From Octopus vulgaris (taxonomy: Eukaryota): a stretch of 64,000 nucleotides of DNA. A program made the translations under genes and the position numbers. Each line of letters starts with the position of its first letter. The stretch's first letter is position 1. The notes below the pieces were generated by a model. That model was not told where the DNA came from and did no database searches. It saw only the letters and a program-made list of their open reading frames with translations. The stretch lies in the NCBI GenBank assembly GCA_951406725.2, contig OX597814.1, forward strand, positions 134,726,001 through 134,790,000, in the 5' to 3' direction. This document shows, in pieces, positions 12,687-25,297 of this stretch.

Positions 12687-13120
12687 ATATGTGTGTGTGT
12701 GTGTGTATTGTGAGTGTGTATATATATATATATATATATGTACATGTATATATATATATATGTGTGTGTGTGAATGTATATTTATATGTATGTATATATA
12801 TGTGTGTATGTGAATGTATATTTATATGTATGTATATATATGTGTGTATGTATATATATATATGTGTGTATGTATATATATATATGTGTGTATGTATATA
12901 TATATATATGTGTGTGTATGTATATATATGTGTGTATGTATGTATATATATATATATATATATGTGTGTGTATGTATGTATATATATATATATATATGTG
13001 TGTGTATGTATATTTATTTATATGTATGTATGTATATATATGTGTGTGTGTGTGTATGTATATATTTATGTGTATATATATGTATGTATATGTATATATA
13101 CATACATACATATATGTATA
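12687..13120. repeat. Compound (TA)n/(TG)n/(TATG)n microsatellite
   Basis: direct inspection; source of the spurious Y/I/C/V/M ORFs. Confidence 0.97.
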
Positions 13121-13795
13121 TTTTCACATCTGTTTCTATGATGGTTTTACTCTACCTAATCTTTTTCAATACTCTATAATTACCTTTATATTAGTCTAAA
13201 TTGTTGTACTCCTATATAGCCATACTTAAACAATATAGGTATCTTCAAAAATTTTTAAATTTAAATGCCAAAATTTTAACTGCCTAAATTAAGATCTAAC
13301 TAATTTATAATATATTTGTTCTCTCATCTAAATGGTAAATATCCATGGAACCCTTATTTTAACCTTATACAAAAAAGACGCATTATTCTAAATAGTTTCA
13401 GTAATAAAATTTTTTATCCCTTTTTCTTAAAATGTTTCATCCCCCTAATTTTCATATTTATATTGATTTTAAATAACCCCTCCAAATAAGAACTCTTTAG
13501 AAACTATAATATTACTTATATCGACACTAAATTTTTTAATTAAATAAATTATTTAAATTTGAATAAATCAGTATATAGTGGACGTGTTTTTTAACCTCAT
13601 TTACCCTTATTAAATATTAGTTAAATCCATTTGATCAATCTCCACAGAAACCTTATAATAAGTAAAGTTTTTAGATAAGTTAAAAAGTATATAAACATTA
13701 ATCTATTTATCTTTGCATTTTTCTGTTACCTTCCTCCATTGTAGTTAAATGTTTGTATACACACACAAACACATTAATATATCAATATATTGCAG

Positions 13796-13850
13796 GAATA
13801 AAATGCCACCACGTCCACCTGGCCAAAGAACAGAACCAGAAAACCCAGGT
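13796..13850 (+). CDS. RNF185: RNF185/RNF5 internal exon
   Basis: tgcag|G AAT AAA ATG CCA... encodes NKMPPRPPGQRTEPENPG, then |gtatgt; phase fits both neighbouring exons. Confidence 0.9.
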
Positions 13851-13994
13851 GTATGTATTTAATATATTTTGTTTTTTCAGTTATTTTTGTTTATTTTTCA
13901 CTAGATTGTTATTTTTATTACTATATTTTTTTGATGCTTCAAAGTAATAGTTAATTTGGTTTTTCACTTCTCTTCCTTTCTTTTTGGATTAAAG

Positions 13995-14112
13995 GCATTC
14001 TCAAACTTTGGATTTGGAGAAGGCAATTTTCATATGACTTTTGGAATTGGTGCTTTTCCTTTGGGATTTTTTGCATCAACATTTAATTGGAGTGATGTCA
14101 GACCTGGCCCAC
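13995..14112 (+). CDS. RNF185: RNF185/RNF5 internal exon (glycine/aromatic-rich membrane-proximal segment)
   Basis: aaag|GCA... encodes [39 protein letters not shown], then |gtaaat; FGIGAFP family motif. Confidence 0.92.
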
Positions 14113-15089
14113 GTAAATATCAACTATTTACTTATCACATATTTTTACTTTTAAGTTTTAGCATTGAAAGTATATGCAATTCATTGAATAATTTCAATAT
14201 ATTTTTAGCTCTTGATAGTTTTTAATTCCTTAATATCTGGGTTTTTTTTATCATTAAACTATAGACAAGATAATTTTATTACAATTTTAGAAATGTTAGT
14301 TTACTGACTCATATTTTTAAAATCATAACATAGAGATTACTTTATTTATTACTATGTCAGGAATTGATTAGCAGTTTAACTCTGGATTTTGTTTTATGAC
14401 CTATTAGTGGAGGAGTGGTTACACCTTTTGTCAGGCTGGAAGAATGGATGGGGTGTGGCCTGTAACTTATGACTAGAGAACTGCTTGCAACAATGTTAAA
14501 CTCTTTTAAAGGTTCCAAAGTCTGGATGGTATGAAACTGGGTAATTAATCAAGTCTACAAGACATAGTGTATATGCATTTATATATCAGTGTGTGTATAG
14601 CTGAGTGGATATATTTGTGTGTGTGTGCATGCGCACGCACACACACACACACACACACACACTCACATAAATATAGATTATGGCATTGAAATTTCATGTC
14701 ATTTATCCAGGTGTTGATTCTGTGTATAGATAATTATTGTTTGCATCCATTTCTAACTCCACTTTGTCTATATCGTACAGTTTTATGAGGAACAAAAGAA
14801 TACTCAAAATGGTGCCTTACAGTACTCCACTTATTACCACAAACTTTTCTTGTGCTATCTCACTTGTCATTGATATTGCACCCACCCACAACTGGGGGGC
14901 ATACCAATCTGTCTCCTGTCCTTTCTCATTTGTTTTCAGGAATTCCATTTGCACATATTTTACCTGCTATGATTGACTTGCACATATTTAAAGGATTGTT
15001 AACACCAGTCTAATCAACCTTTGTATACAAGTGTGTCTGTGTTTGTATTTATATGTATAAATATAGTTGTCAGGGTCACCTCTTTTGCC

Positions 15090-15385
15090 TGGTAGGAGGT
15101 GGCCCTGACACAAGTGGGATTTGAAAGTTGGCCTTGAGAAGTAGCTGAGCTTCCCAGAAACTGTTGCTTCCAGGTCACTGAGGTCAGATATGATGTTGAT
15201 CTCTCCCTGCATTCAGGAGGTCAGCAAGAGGAAGAGAGTAAAGTATACTGAGCTGATGGAAGTATGTTAAAACAGTAGGTAATGAGTAAGGTGTAATCCC
15301 ATTGAGATAGAATGCAGAGGAGCTGCAGGCCAGTCTCTCAGCAAGATATTCAACATGCTAGGCATCTCAGGTGCCAGCAAGAATA
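15090..15385 (+). mobile_element. Degenerate RLE-type (Hero/NeSL-like) non-LTR retrotransposon C-terminal fragment
   Basis: reads L.FPETVAS.SLR.DMMLIS..., RKRVKYTELMEVC, PIEI.CRG.AGQSL; resembles the RPD...E..K restriction-like endonuclease region. Confidence 0.5.
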
Positions 15386-15404
15386 GTCTACTTTTTGGAT
15401 AATT

Positions 15405-17301
15405 CCCTATTTTTCCAGCCTGTCTAATTTTGCCTCTACTTGCTTTATTGCAGCAAAAGGTACCTTTCTATTAGGTTTGAATACAGGTACAACATTTTCC
15501 TTTATTTGAAAACAGGCCTCAGTCTTAGAACAGAGACCTAATTTATCTGACAGCACTTCAGGAAACAAGTTTTTAAACTTTTTCTTCAATTCAGCTGCTG
15601 ATTTATTTTCACTGGTAGGACAGCTTTTTATTTTTTTACAGAACAGACTTATGGGGAGGTCCCATAAGTCAAACAACTCCATCCAGTCCATACTGAGCAG
15701 ATTGGTTGTGCTTTTTCCTATGAAAACTTTTGCTCTACAGGTTTTTCCCTGAAATGTGATATCCCTCCACATTTTGCCTATGAACTGTAGTTTTTCACCT
15801 GTCATGCCTCATACAATTCTTAATGTAGGTTTCCCAATTCTTATCCATGTGTTGGTATTAATCATTGAGATGTCACTACAAGTATCTAGTTGTAATTTAA
15901 TATTTATTTTGTTTACTTTTACATATACAAATTTCCTCTTTTTGGTGTCACTTATACTTTCCTTCAAGAAAACTTTAGAATTTTTTATGCTTGACCTTCC
16001 TAACTTTGCTGTGCAATGTGAGCTCTTGGGTCCTACTTTCTGGCAACTGTAACATTTTTGCATTTTGAAAGGATAATCCTTCCTGAAATGTAGGGCTCCA
16101 CATCTTTTGGTTTTAACATTTTTGTTTATACCTTCCTGGTTGGCATGCTTGTACTTGTGAGAACTCCTCTTTAATTTTCTTCATGTCAGGATGTAAATTT
16201 ACCATTCTTTGACACTTCTCAGCAACTATCTGCAGGATTAAACTCTGGTCTGCTTGTTCAAGTTTTGTGAGAATTCTTGCAGGTATCTCAACATCTTTAT
16301 TTGCTGTAAGCCCTCATACAAAAATGAGGCACTGAGACGTATCAGGAGTTTCTTCAGTTTAAATCTTTCGTACGTTCTGTTTACGGTCCCGGCATATGTG
16401 ACAAAGTCTTCATCATCTTTTTTAACTAGATTCCAACACTTCCATTGAGTGTTAAATAGGGTACTCTTATCATATTTTTGTTAGTAGTTCAACTGTTTCT
16501 TGGAAACAAATTTCACTAGTTTTTTGGGGTAGTATGAAATTACAATATTTTTCATGTTCAACTGGCGCTAATTTACGTAATAATAGTCTTACTTTCTCAT
16601 TGTCCATCCACAACTTATTATCTTCCCTGAAGATTCCTTTGTAGCTTCTAAAGTACACTGCAAGCGTTATACCCTCCTCTGGGTCATAACTGAATTTTGT
16701 TATAGAGTCCGATACACCATCTGGTGAAAACCAACTTATAGTGTTTCCATACTTCCTTATTAATTCCGGCAGCTGTTGTTCGGCAAAAGAGACTGATAGA
16801 ATAAGTACTGGGCTTACAAAGAATAAGTCCCGGGGTCAAGTTGCTCGATTAAAGGCGGTGCACCAGCATGGCCACAGTCAAAATGACTGAAACAAGTAAA
16901 AAAAAAAAAAAAAAAAGAGAGGTCTTCAATAATTAACAATTTTGTATGATAAAAATTTAACTGACCTGCATGAGCTTCAAATTTCGTCAATAATTATTAC
17001 TCGTTGCCAATTATTGTAGTATCGCCACTATTTATGGCGATACCTGTTTACACTATAACTGTGTAGTAACAATAAAATATATAACCAAGTAGGATAACAA
17101 CTATGTAACAATCCAGCAAACTCTCCACGGACTATACATGAACCAACAAATGATATTCCAAGAAACTACCAAAACGACACCTTATGAATTCCTGCAATTA
17201 ACGCCCACTCTCTCTCTGTGTTTCTCACTCAGGCCTTTACTATTTATAGTCAGTCAGTCAAGTCTATTCTCACAGGGGGTGTTGTGACTCTGGCCACAAC
17301 A
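15405..17301 (-). mobile_element. Ty3/Gypsy (K02A2.6-like) retrotransposon fossil: 5' LTR, gag, protease, start of RT
   Basis: LTR 17015-17301 (TGT...ACA) followed by PBS-like TGGCAACGAG; KVRLLLRKL, zinc knuckle CYSCQKVG, protease LQLDTCSDIS, VPVFKPNRKVPFAA. Confidence 0.85.
16769..16916 (+). mobile_element. 5'-truncated SINE 3' end with poly(A), inserted in the Gypsy element
   Basis: ttcggcaaaagagactgatagaataagtactggg...atgactgaaacaagt followed by (A)n. Confidence 0.85.
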
Positions 17302-17789
17302 GTATGTGTGTTGGTAGCTTGTACCATGCTTTTGCCAATTGTTTTAGATGCCTATGTAGTCATGAGTATAGATACCCTCTTGCCCCTCCCACCCAACACA
17401 AGATAAAAATTGTGATGGCTAGTATTCATTTTCAGCTGAGCAGGCTGTAGTGATGTTAAAAAAATATGCCTTGTTCAAGAACACAATGCAATTGCCACCC
17501 AGTTCAGGAATAAAACTCAACTTAATTCATGATCATGAACCCAACTACTCGGTCACATACCTTTACTCTGTGTGTGTCTGTATGTATTTACATATGTATT
17601 GTGTGACTGTATATATATATATATATATATATATACATGTGTGAGTTTAAGTTTATAATATATTTCATGTTGGTGGTTTCATTTTGAAAACTTGCATTCT
17701 AGTATAATGTCATCAATTTAAAAAATGTCATTTGTGATGCATATGTACTGAATGATCATCTGGTCTTGTTCTGACATATTTTTCATTAC

Positions 17790-19185
17790 TTTATCTGGTA
17801 TAGTTACCCATTTTTAAGATGCTTTGTAGTATTTGAAGAGGAACTGTGTATATACTTCTTTATTGATTTGTCATTCCCTTGTGATTGGATGATCCAATGG
17901 GTGCAGATATTAACGCATTGGTAAAGATTGAATTTAGAGGTGAGAAAGTGATCAAAGGTGTTAGGTGTTTTGGTGAAACTGAGTACAGTAGCTGATGCAG
18001 ATAGCTCAAAATAGCAATTTGGCCAGTATATCAGTAGCATTAGTGCCTGAAGCATCGTGCTAGAGTTACATTGACTGTACTTAAAATATGACTTCAGAAA
18101 GACTCTCATTCTATTTACCTATCACTTTCAAGATCTCAAAGGTGATGGCAATAATTAACAATTACCTTGTTCACAGTCTTTCACCTCAGTGACCACTAAC
18201 ATTGCTTACATAGTGAGATCACCTTGAGGAGTACCATTGATGAGTCTCAAGTTGAAACACACCAAATCTACTTTGCTCTGTTGTGCTTAATTAACATCAG
18301 CAAATCCTTCAACTGTTTGGTATTAGAATATGAATTGCTCCCATAAGGTATCTATATATCAATTGTGTCTTGGATCAGAAGCTTTCAGTCAGAACACAAT
18401 GTATGGTTAGAGGGCTTTCCTGACCTTACACTCTATTGATTTTGTTGTACTCTGAAGTGCAGTTATATCTTCTGTACCTTAATGAAACTCATACTACAGC
18501 CTTTAGCAATACTCTTCTTTACAGAAGATATTGCACTTCACTCCTCCTGCACAATGGCTATAAACAATAACTTTGGGGGTCATGACAACCTAGCCTCATT
18601 CAGCAATACCAAGACAGAATCGAAGTTATTGTAAATTTTAAGTGTTATACCTTCTGATTGCTTGCTGAACTGACATGTTTGATATAACCAAAATTACATT
18701 CACAAATATGAATTTTCTTTCAAGTAGGAAATACTTCAGTTCTGATCAATTACTGCCTTCTAATATGACCCACACTAAAGAATTTGCCCTCCATTATGAG
18801 ATGGTGTTGCTGTCACACGTATGCATTAATGCTATTTGGCTTTGGCAAAAATTCAATTAACCTCTAACTCACAAATGTACTGTTTCTTTTACTATTACCA
18901 CAGTAGCCTCTAAATTCGCTTACTACGTACTGTCTTCACAAGGCCTACTAGTTCTATCTCTCATCTTGTCACCATTACTGTCTCAACCTACCAGATACTC
19001 CCCTACAAAACATTTTGCCTATTTTTTCTTTCTTAGAACTGTAACTCCCTCTCTGCCCTCAATTTTCATAAACACCCACCTACAGATATTAAAGCTGAGC
19101 ACCAGCTATAAAACTCTCTTCTAGAAAGGCCTACAAAGGGTTATGGGTACTGCCCTCTCTCTTTGACTATCTTACAAAAAAGTTA
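17790..19185 (+). mobile_element. Highly degenerate LINE (Jockey/L2-group-like) 3' region
   Basis: decayed RT and 3'-end-like sequence; similar decayed pieces near 23200-23590 (-) and 58830-59360 (+). Confidence 0.35.
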
Positions 19186-19274
19186 CATTTATGTATGTAT
19201 AAAGACCTAATTTAGTAAAACTTAATTTTCTCACTGATATGTTATAATGCAGTTTTTTTTTTTTTTAATTGCAG

Positions 19275-19372
19275 CTCCAACAGGGTCTCCTCACCATGAA
19301 GAAGAACAGATCTTATCGAAGGTTTTTCTTGGCTTGGCTATTGTTTTCATTTTTTGGTTACTTATAGCCTGA
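19275..19372 (+). CDS. RNF185: RNF185/RNF5 terminal coding exon (C-terminal transmembrane helix)
   Basis: T-tract ttgcag|CT CCA... encodes PPTGSPHHEEEQILSKVFLGLAIVFIFWLLIA*; ends in FWLLIA like vertebrate RNF185; candidate AATAAA at 20413-20418. Confidence 0.93.
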
Positions 19373-20515
19373 CCAAAACCTTCTGCAATTCTTGTCATGA
19401 AAAATAACTTAACCCATCTAAGTTCTTATATTTTACAATGGATTTCAATACAGATGTTTAAAAGCCATCTGTGCGATGGTACATGAGGAAATTAGAACTC
19501 ACATGAAATGTCTCAGAAAATATTTCAATGAGAAAAGTTTCTTTTCTCGTATTTTTTATTACAATGGTATTAAATTTCTTCCTTCCCTTTAGGAATATTT
19601 TAAAGAAAAAAAATACTTATAAAGCAGAATTGAAATTTCCTTTGAAATTATATTTTTATCTGTGATATTGGAGTTTATATTTAAATTTTGTTTGTTTGGT
19701 TTAATTTTGAATCGTTGTACTATTTAGAAATAGCTAGAGATATGTGATAAACTGGGCAAAGGATAAAAAAAAAAGCATTCATAACAGTTCATGCTATTGA
19801 AATGATTTTATTCCTGAAGAAAATATTTGTATCATTTGTTACTAAGTTATTTGCTTCTCTTCAAAGTTTTTGTTTTCTTTATTTTTGATTTTTTTCTCCC
19901 CCACCCCCTACTGTTACTTTCTGATTGCTTTGCAAAATATTTCATATTATTCTTAGATTACTTTTAATGTTTCCATTTTAAAAACTAACAATGATTCCTT
20001 CATAATATCACTTCTTTAGGTATTTATATTTATGAATGCAAGAATATTAGCACGGTATATTTCTACCAAACATTAAAAGTTTGTACGAAAAAATTTGCAT
20101 TAAATTTGATTGTCTCAGTGTATGTGTGCATGGGCAAGTGTGATTATGTATGTTGGTCATCAAAAGTTAAATACCTTATAGCATCATGTCAGAAAGAATT
20201 GATGTGATTATCAGCTGTTTAAAATTACAATGATTTGAAGTTAATATTCAATATTGATTTTAAAATTTGGTCAGTTCTTTATATGCCTTTCTTAATAGTA
20301 TTTAGATGATTCTCACTAATTTTGATGAGAAAAAAAAAACAAAATTCAAAGTACTTTGTACATTCTTATTTAAAGACTAATTCTGTGAATCTATTTTTTA
20401 AACACTTGTAGGAATAAATTTCTAATTTTTTCTGTATTAAACTTTTGTTTTGTTGATATTAAAGCAATTTAAGTTAATCAGAGGTTCTGTACCTAATTTA
20501 TGCAACATTAACATC

Positions 20516-20596
20516 AGTATAATAGCTTATTTATTTAATCAAAATATTTCATTATTAGTATAATAGCTTATTTGTTTAATCAAAATATTTCATTAT
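20516..20596 (+). repeat. Tandem duplication, 41-bp period, 2 copies
   Basis: agtataatagcttattt(a/g)tttaatcaaaatatttcattat occurs twice. Confidence 0.9.
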
Positions 20597-20804
20597 CCAC
20601 CCAGTTAAAAAGGTAAGTTTATAAAGATTCATTTTGTGGCAAAACTATTTCACCTCCACCCCCACCGTCTTTTTTGCATCTATGACTGAAATAGACATAT
20701 TGTTGGACCATGTCATTTTAAAATAGGCTTTTTTATCTTTTATATATGAAATTACAAATTAAAAGCAGTTTTAATAATGTAAAAATTAAGTCGCACATAC
20801 GAAG

Positions 20805-20956
20805 TGTGTTCTGTTTAACCGCCCATTTGTTGCGAGACAGCATCCAGGGAAAGCTCCAAACAGTGCTGTGTGTTGGTGTTTGTTAACATTCAGTATTATG
20901 TAGGGAACTTTCCCTGCACACTATCCCGCAGCAAATGGGCGTTTCAACAAAACACA
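20805..20956. repeat. Imperfect ~150-bp palindrome (old MITE or structured RNA)
   Basis: tgtgttctgtttaaccgcccatttgttgcg...cagggaaagctcc pairs with ggaactttccctg...cgcagcaaatgggcgtttcaacaaaacaca. Confidence 0.8.
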
Positions 20957-23599
20957 TGTACCAAGGACAAAGATGGTGCCCATCATCTCTGCAGACCATT
21001 CATGACTGTTGAGAATGATGTGCTTTCTTTGGTTTGAACATCTAAGGAGAAAATGTGGACAGGAGACATGCAGCTAACTAGTTCAGGAGAGCAAAAGCAT
21101 TATAGTAGCAGTTGTAGTGCTGTGAATTAGTAAATTGAGTCATCCAGTAACTATCTAGAGCTGAAATATTTCCTGACCACTAAGGAAGAGTTTTATTGTG
21201 AATACAGTTTTTGTATGGTTAAACTTATGAGATCAGAAAGCGTAGTATTTGTAGTAACTTTGGTTTTTTTTTGCTATTTATGACAAGATAATGTGAAGTT
21301 TGGTGTCTGGCAGTACTATTAGTGCTGGAGAAAAAATTATTTTTATGTCCTCATTGAATTGTTTCGAAGTCTTTCTCTTTTTGAAGGTCATGCAGATCTG
21401 GCATGAATGATGCATGTGCACATGATTCAGATCTGAAGGTGGTATCAACTGCATAGGAGTGTGTTAGAGATGATAGCAAGTATGAATCAGAAATCCTCCT
21501 AGACATGTTATAATAATGCAGGTTCATGGGGAACTAGTAACAAAAACATGTATTTCCATTAGTAGGTGACTTTCGCTTGGAGGTTTTCATGCTGGGCATA
21601 ATCAAAGGCTTCACTAATGCCGCATTATTTTCCTTTCTCGTATCACTCACTCAGTTTATTTTTTTTAGTGTCAACCAAATTTTCTATTTCTTTCATCTTA
21701 AGTCTCTCAATCAGTTGTTAATTTTGGTATATTATTTATGTATTGATTGATACATAGCCAAAGACTTGTATATTGCATTATCTAAATTTCAGCTCAGATT
21801 AAATTTAACGAAAAGAGGATATTTCTAGACTGCTGTTGGCAGTCACATCAACAACTTTTTATAGCCTAGTAAATAAAAGAACCAGGTTGACTATATAAAA
21901 ATATTTTTAATATACATACAGCTGTAGCTATGTATCCATCAACAAACTCAAGTCTTTAAATGTGGGGGACCATATTTCAAATCCTAATTCTTTCTTGTCA
22001 TACCATCTTTATAGGAAGGTCCAGTCTAAAAGCATCATACATTTCTGAAAATCAGTTACCTGTGTGGCAGAGTTCTGCTCAAGCAGATGATTAGGATTAT
22101 TGAATTTTGATTCCATTCTCCAGAGAGGACATGGTTTTGCCTCACTTGCTCATAACAAATATTGTTTACACCATCTGATGGGTTATATTTTCTCAATTTC
22201 ATTTGAAGTATGCAATCTCTAAATCACAAGAAGACCAAGTTTCTTTAATGGATTAAAGATACATTTTAAATTACTCATTGTTTTCTTCTACTGTGTTGAT
22301 CCTTATGGCAGTCTTTGTAATATTACTCCTGATTATCTTAACATATCTATCAAGTTGTGGTAGTTTCTACTTCAGCTTTGTGACGAGTATACAAATATTG
22401 TTGCCCTGTCATCTTGATAGTAAATCACTAAAATGCATCTATCAAGCACTTTAGTGATTTGCTATTACTACCCAATTCAAACTATTCCAATGTATTGTTA
22501 AAGTAAACTCATTTAAGTATTTTATATATATTTTTATATGAGCTACCTACATTAAGGGAGGTATCTCAGAGATGGAAAAGTATAGAAAATTAAGAGGTAG
22601 TGGTGGTGATAGTTTATTTTTTTGTTTTTGATAGTTATGGTAGTGGCAGCAGCAACATTACTTGTACTACAATGCATGTATTAAATCATATAGTATTTTC
22701 AAATTTTAGATCTCAAAAAGTTTGCTGTCAACTCCTTATAATCACTACCTCTGTTAACATCACCACAAAAATCTATTATAATTCATGGTATGTAGGATTA
22801 TACATCTGTAACGGTTTAGGGGCAGTTTTTTTTTTTCTTGTCACATCTCTCCCGACCTATCTTACCTGCCAGCTGCTGTCGCCTTCACCAACTACTATTC
22901 CAAAAATTTCCACCAACAGAAACCTATGGAATTTTCACAGGTTTTATTTTGTTACTGGAATGTGAAGGCTAACATCATAGCCACCTTCTAACTCTATTTA
23001 GTGCAAATCACCAGTTTTGGTTTTAATCATTAGCCCAACTTAGGTTTTCCAATTACTAAATTTGTCATATCCTTTCTGAAACCTCAATCTCAATGGTTAC
23101 CTGCAGGCAATACCCTGTAATTACATGAATGGGATTGAGAGAACCTACCCTTACAAAAGGAAAATAACAAAGTTTTTTGTCTATTTAGCTTAATCTAGAG
23201 AAAAAAAACAGCTTTCTGAGACTGATGTAGTTGATAATCTTAAACAGTTGCAGATAAGGAATTCCAGAGGGTCAATATTCTGGGAACAAAAAGACCACAA
23301 TAAGAATGAAGGAAAATGAAAGAGTGGCACAAGTTCAGTGAGATTTGAAGAGCAGAGGGCTCTAGGCCAGAAATTGGGATGTTTTAGTGAGTGGCTTCCT
23401 GGTAATGTCAGGTTGACAGTATCTGATCTGTATATGTGGAACAGCAACACAATTCCAGATGTGGGAACAAAATTTCATAATGGCTTGCACTTAAACAAGC
23501 TTAGGTATTTTCTGCCTTGATGAGCTCTTCCAAATACATATTCAAGAGTGATAAGTGCCTTAGCCATACAAAAATGCACCACAAGTCATGATATTTCTA

Positions 23600-25297
23600 A
23601 AAGGACCACTATGAAAGGTTGCTCAATAAAGAAAATGAATGGGAGAAAGAGAGTCTGCCAAATGTCGACCCAACAGAGGGACCAGCTATTCGAGTTGACA
23701 GTACCTTGGTAGATAAAGCAATTAAAAGTATGAAGACAGGGAAAGCCCCTGGCCCATCAGGAATCACTGCAGAGATGCTCAAAATATCATCTGGCAGTGA
23801 CGGCTATAGCCTAGTCACCCGTATAGTTAACCAGGTGATACACGAAGGAGTCATACCTAATGACTGGTGTAGCAGCACTATAGTCAACTGCTACCAAGGT
23901 AAAGGTGATACTTTAAATACAAATAATTATAGAGATATCAAGTTGTTGGATCAGGTAAGGAAGGTCAGCCCAACTAATTAGGGAGAGAGATGCAGTTTGG
24001 GTTCGTGCCAGGGAAAAGTACCACTGAATGCTATATTTCTGGTAAGAAGCTGCAGGTGAAATACCTAGCCAAAGATAAACCTCTGTACCTGGCTTTCATT
24101 GACATGGTCTCCCAATCCCTTACCTTGTGGTCAATGAGAAAACTAGGGATAGATGTATGGTTAGTGAGAGCTGTGCAAGCCATGTATAGGGACACTGTAA
24201 GGTGAGGGCTGGCAATGAGTACAGTGAAGAATTCTGGGTAGAGGTCCACCAATGTTCAGTCCTCAGCCCCCTCTTATTTATCATAGTCCTCCAGGGAATA
24301 ACAGAGGAATTCAAGGCAAGATGCCCCTGGGAGAGGTGACCAAATCAGTAGCAGAGGAGGGTGCGCTGAAAGTGTAGCTGCTAGAATAAGAATAGCCTGG
24401 GCAAAGTTCAGAGAGCTCTTACCTCTGCTGGTGACAAAGGGCCTCTTGGTCAGAGTAAAAGGTTGACTGTATGACGCATGTGTACGAACAGCCATGCTAC
24501 ATGGGCTGTGACTGCTGAGGACATGCGTAAGTTCACAAGGAACGAAGCCAGTATGCTCTGATGGATGTGTAATGATTTATGCATACCTGTGGAAGAGGTA
24601 GACCCAGGAAGACCTGGGATGAGGTGGTGAAGTATGACCTTCAAACATTAGGCCTCACTGAAGTAATGGCTAGTGACCGGGACCTTTGGAAATATGCTGT
24701 GCTTGAGAAGACCTGGCAAGCCAAGTGAGACCATAACCTCGTGGCCTATGCCAGGGGTGTAACTAGACCACTTATGCGTACCTTTCCTTAATTGGACACT
24801 AAACTCTGCTTGTGAAGACCTGTTGAGGCAAGTGAAATCGAATTCGATGATTGGCATCCGTGCTAGTGGAGCGCTAAGAGCACCATCCAAGCATGATCAT
24901 TGCCTGAGCAGTAAACTGGCTTCCATGTTGGTGGCATGTAAAAAGCACCATTCGAGCATGATCGTTACCAGCATCACCTTACTGGCATGTGAAAAAACAT
25001 TCGAGCGAAGTTGTTTCCAGTGCTCCTGGACTGGCTCCTGTGCAGGTGGCACATAAAAAAACACCATTTGAGTGTGGCCGTTGCCACTACTGCCTGACTG
25101 GCCCTCGTGCCAGTGGCAAGTAAAAGCACCCACAACACTCTCGGAGTGGTTGGTGTTAGGAAGGGCAACCAGCTGTAGAAACTCTGTCAGATCAGATTGG
25201 AGTCTGGTGCAGCCATCTGGTTCACCAGTCCTCAGTCAAATTGTCCAACCCATGCTAGCATGGAAAGCGGACTTTAAATGATGATGATGATAATGAT
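23600..25297 (+). mobile_element. RTE-clade LINE, internally deleted and frameshifted
   Basis: KTGKAPGPSGITAEMLK, IPNDW, NYRDIKLL, QFGFVPGKST, AWAKFRELLP; 3' UTR and (GAT)n tail. Confidence 0.92.

Noticed and set aside
12680-13199. Four overlapping 109-153 aa ORFs
   Set aside because: Translations of a TA/TG microsatellite; not genes
14615-14662. (TG)n-CATGCG-(CA)n fold-back
   Set aside because: Common microsatellite juxtaposition
21700-22600. Possible decayed CR1 RT, and possible Tc1/mariner remnants near 48000-48560 and 59880
   Set aside because: Too degenerate to support boundaries or class by eye
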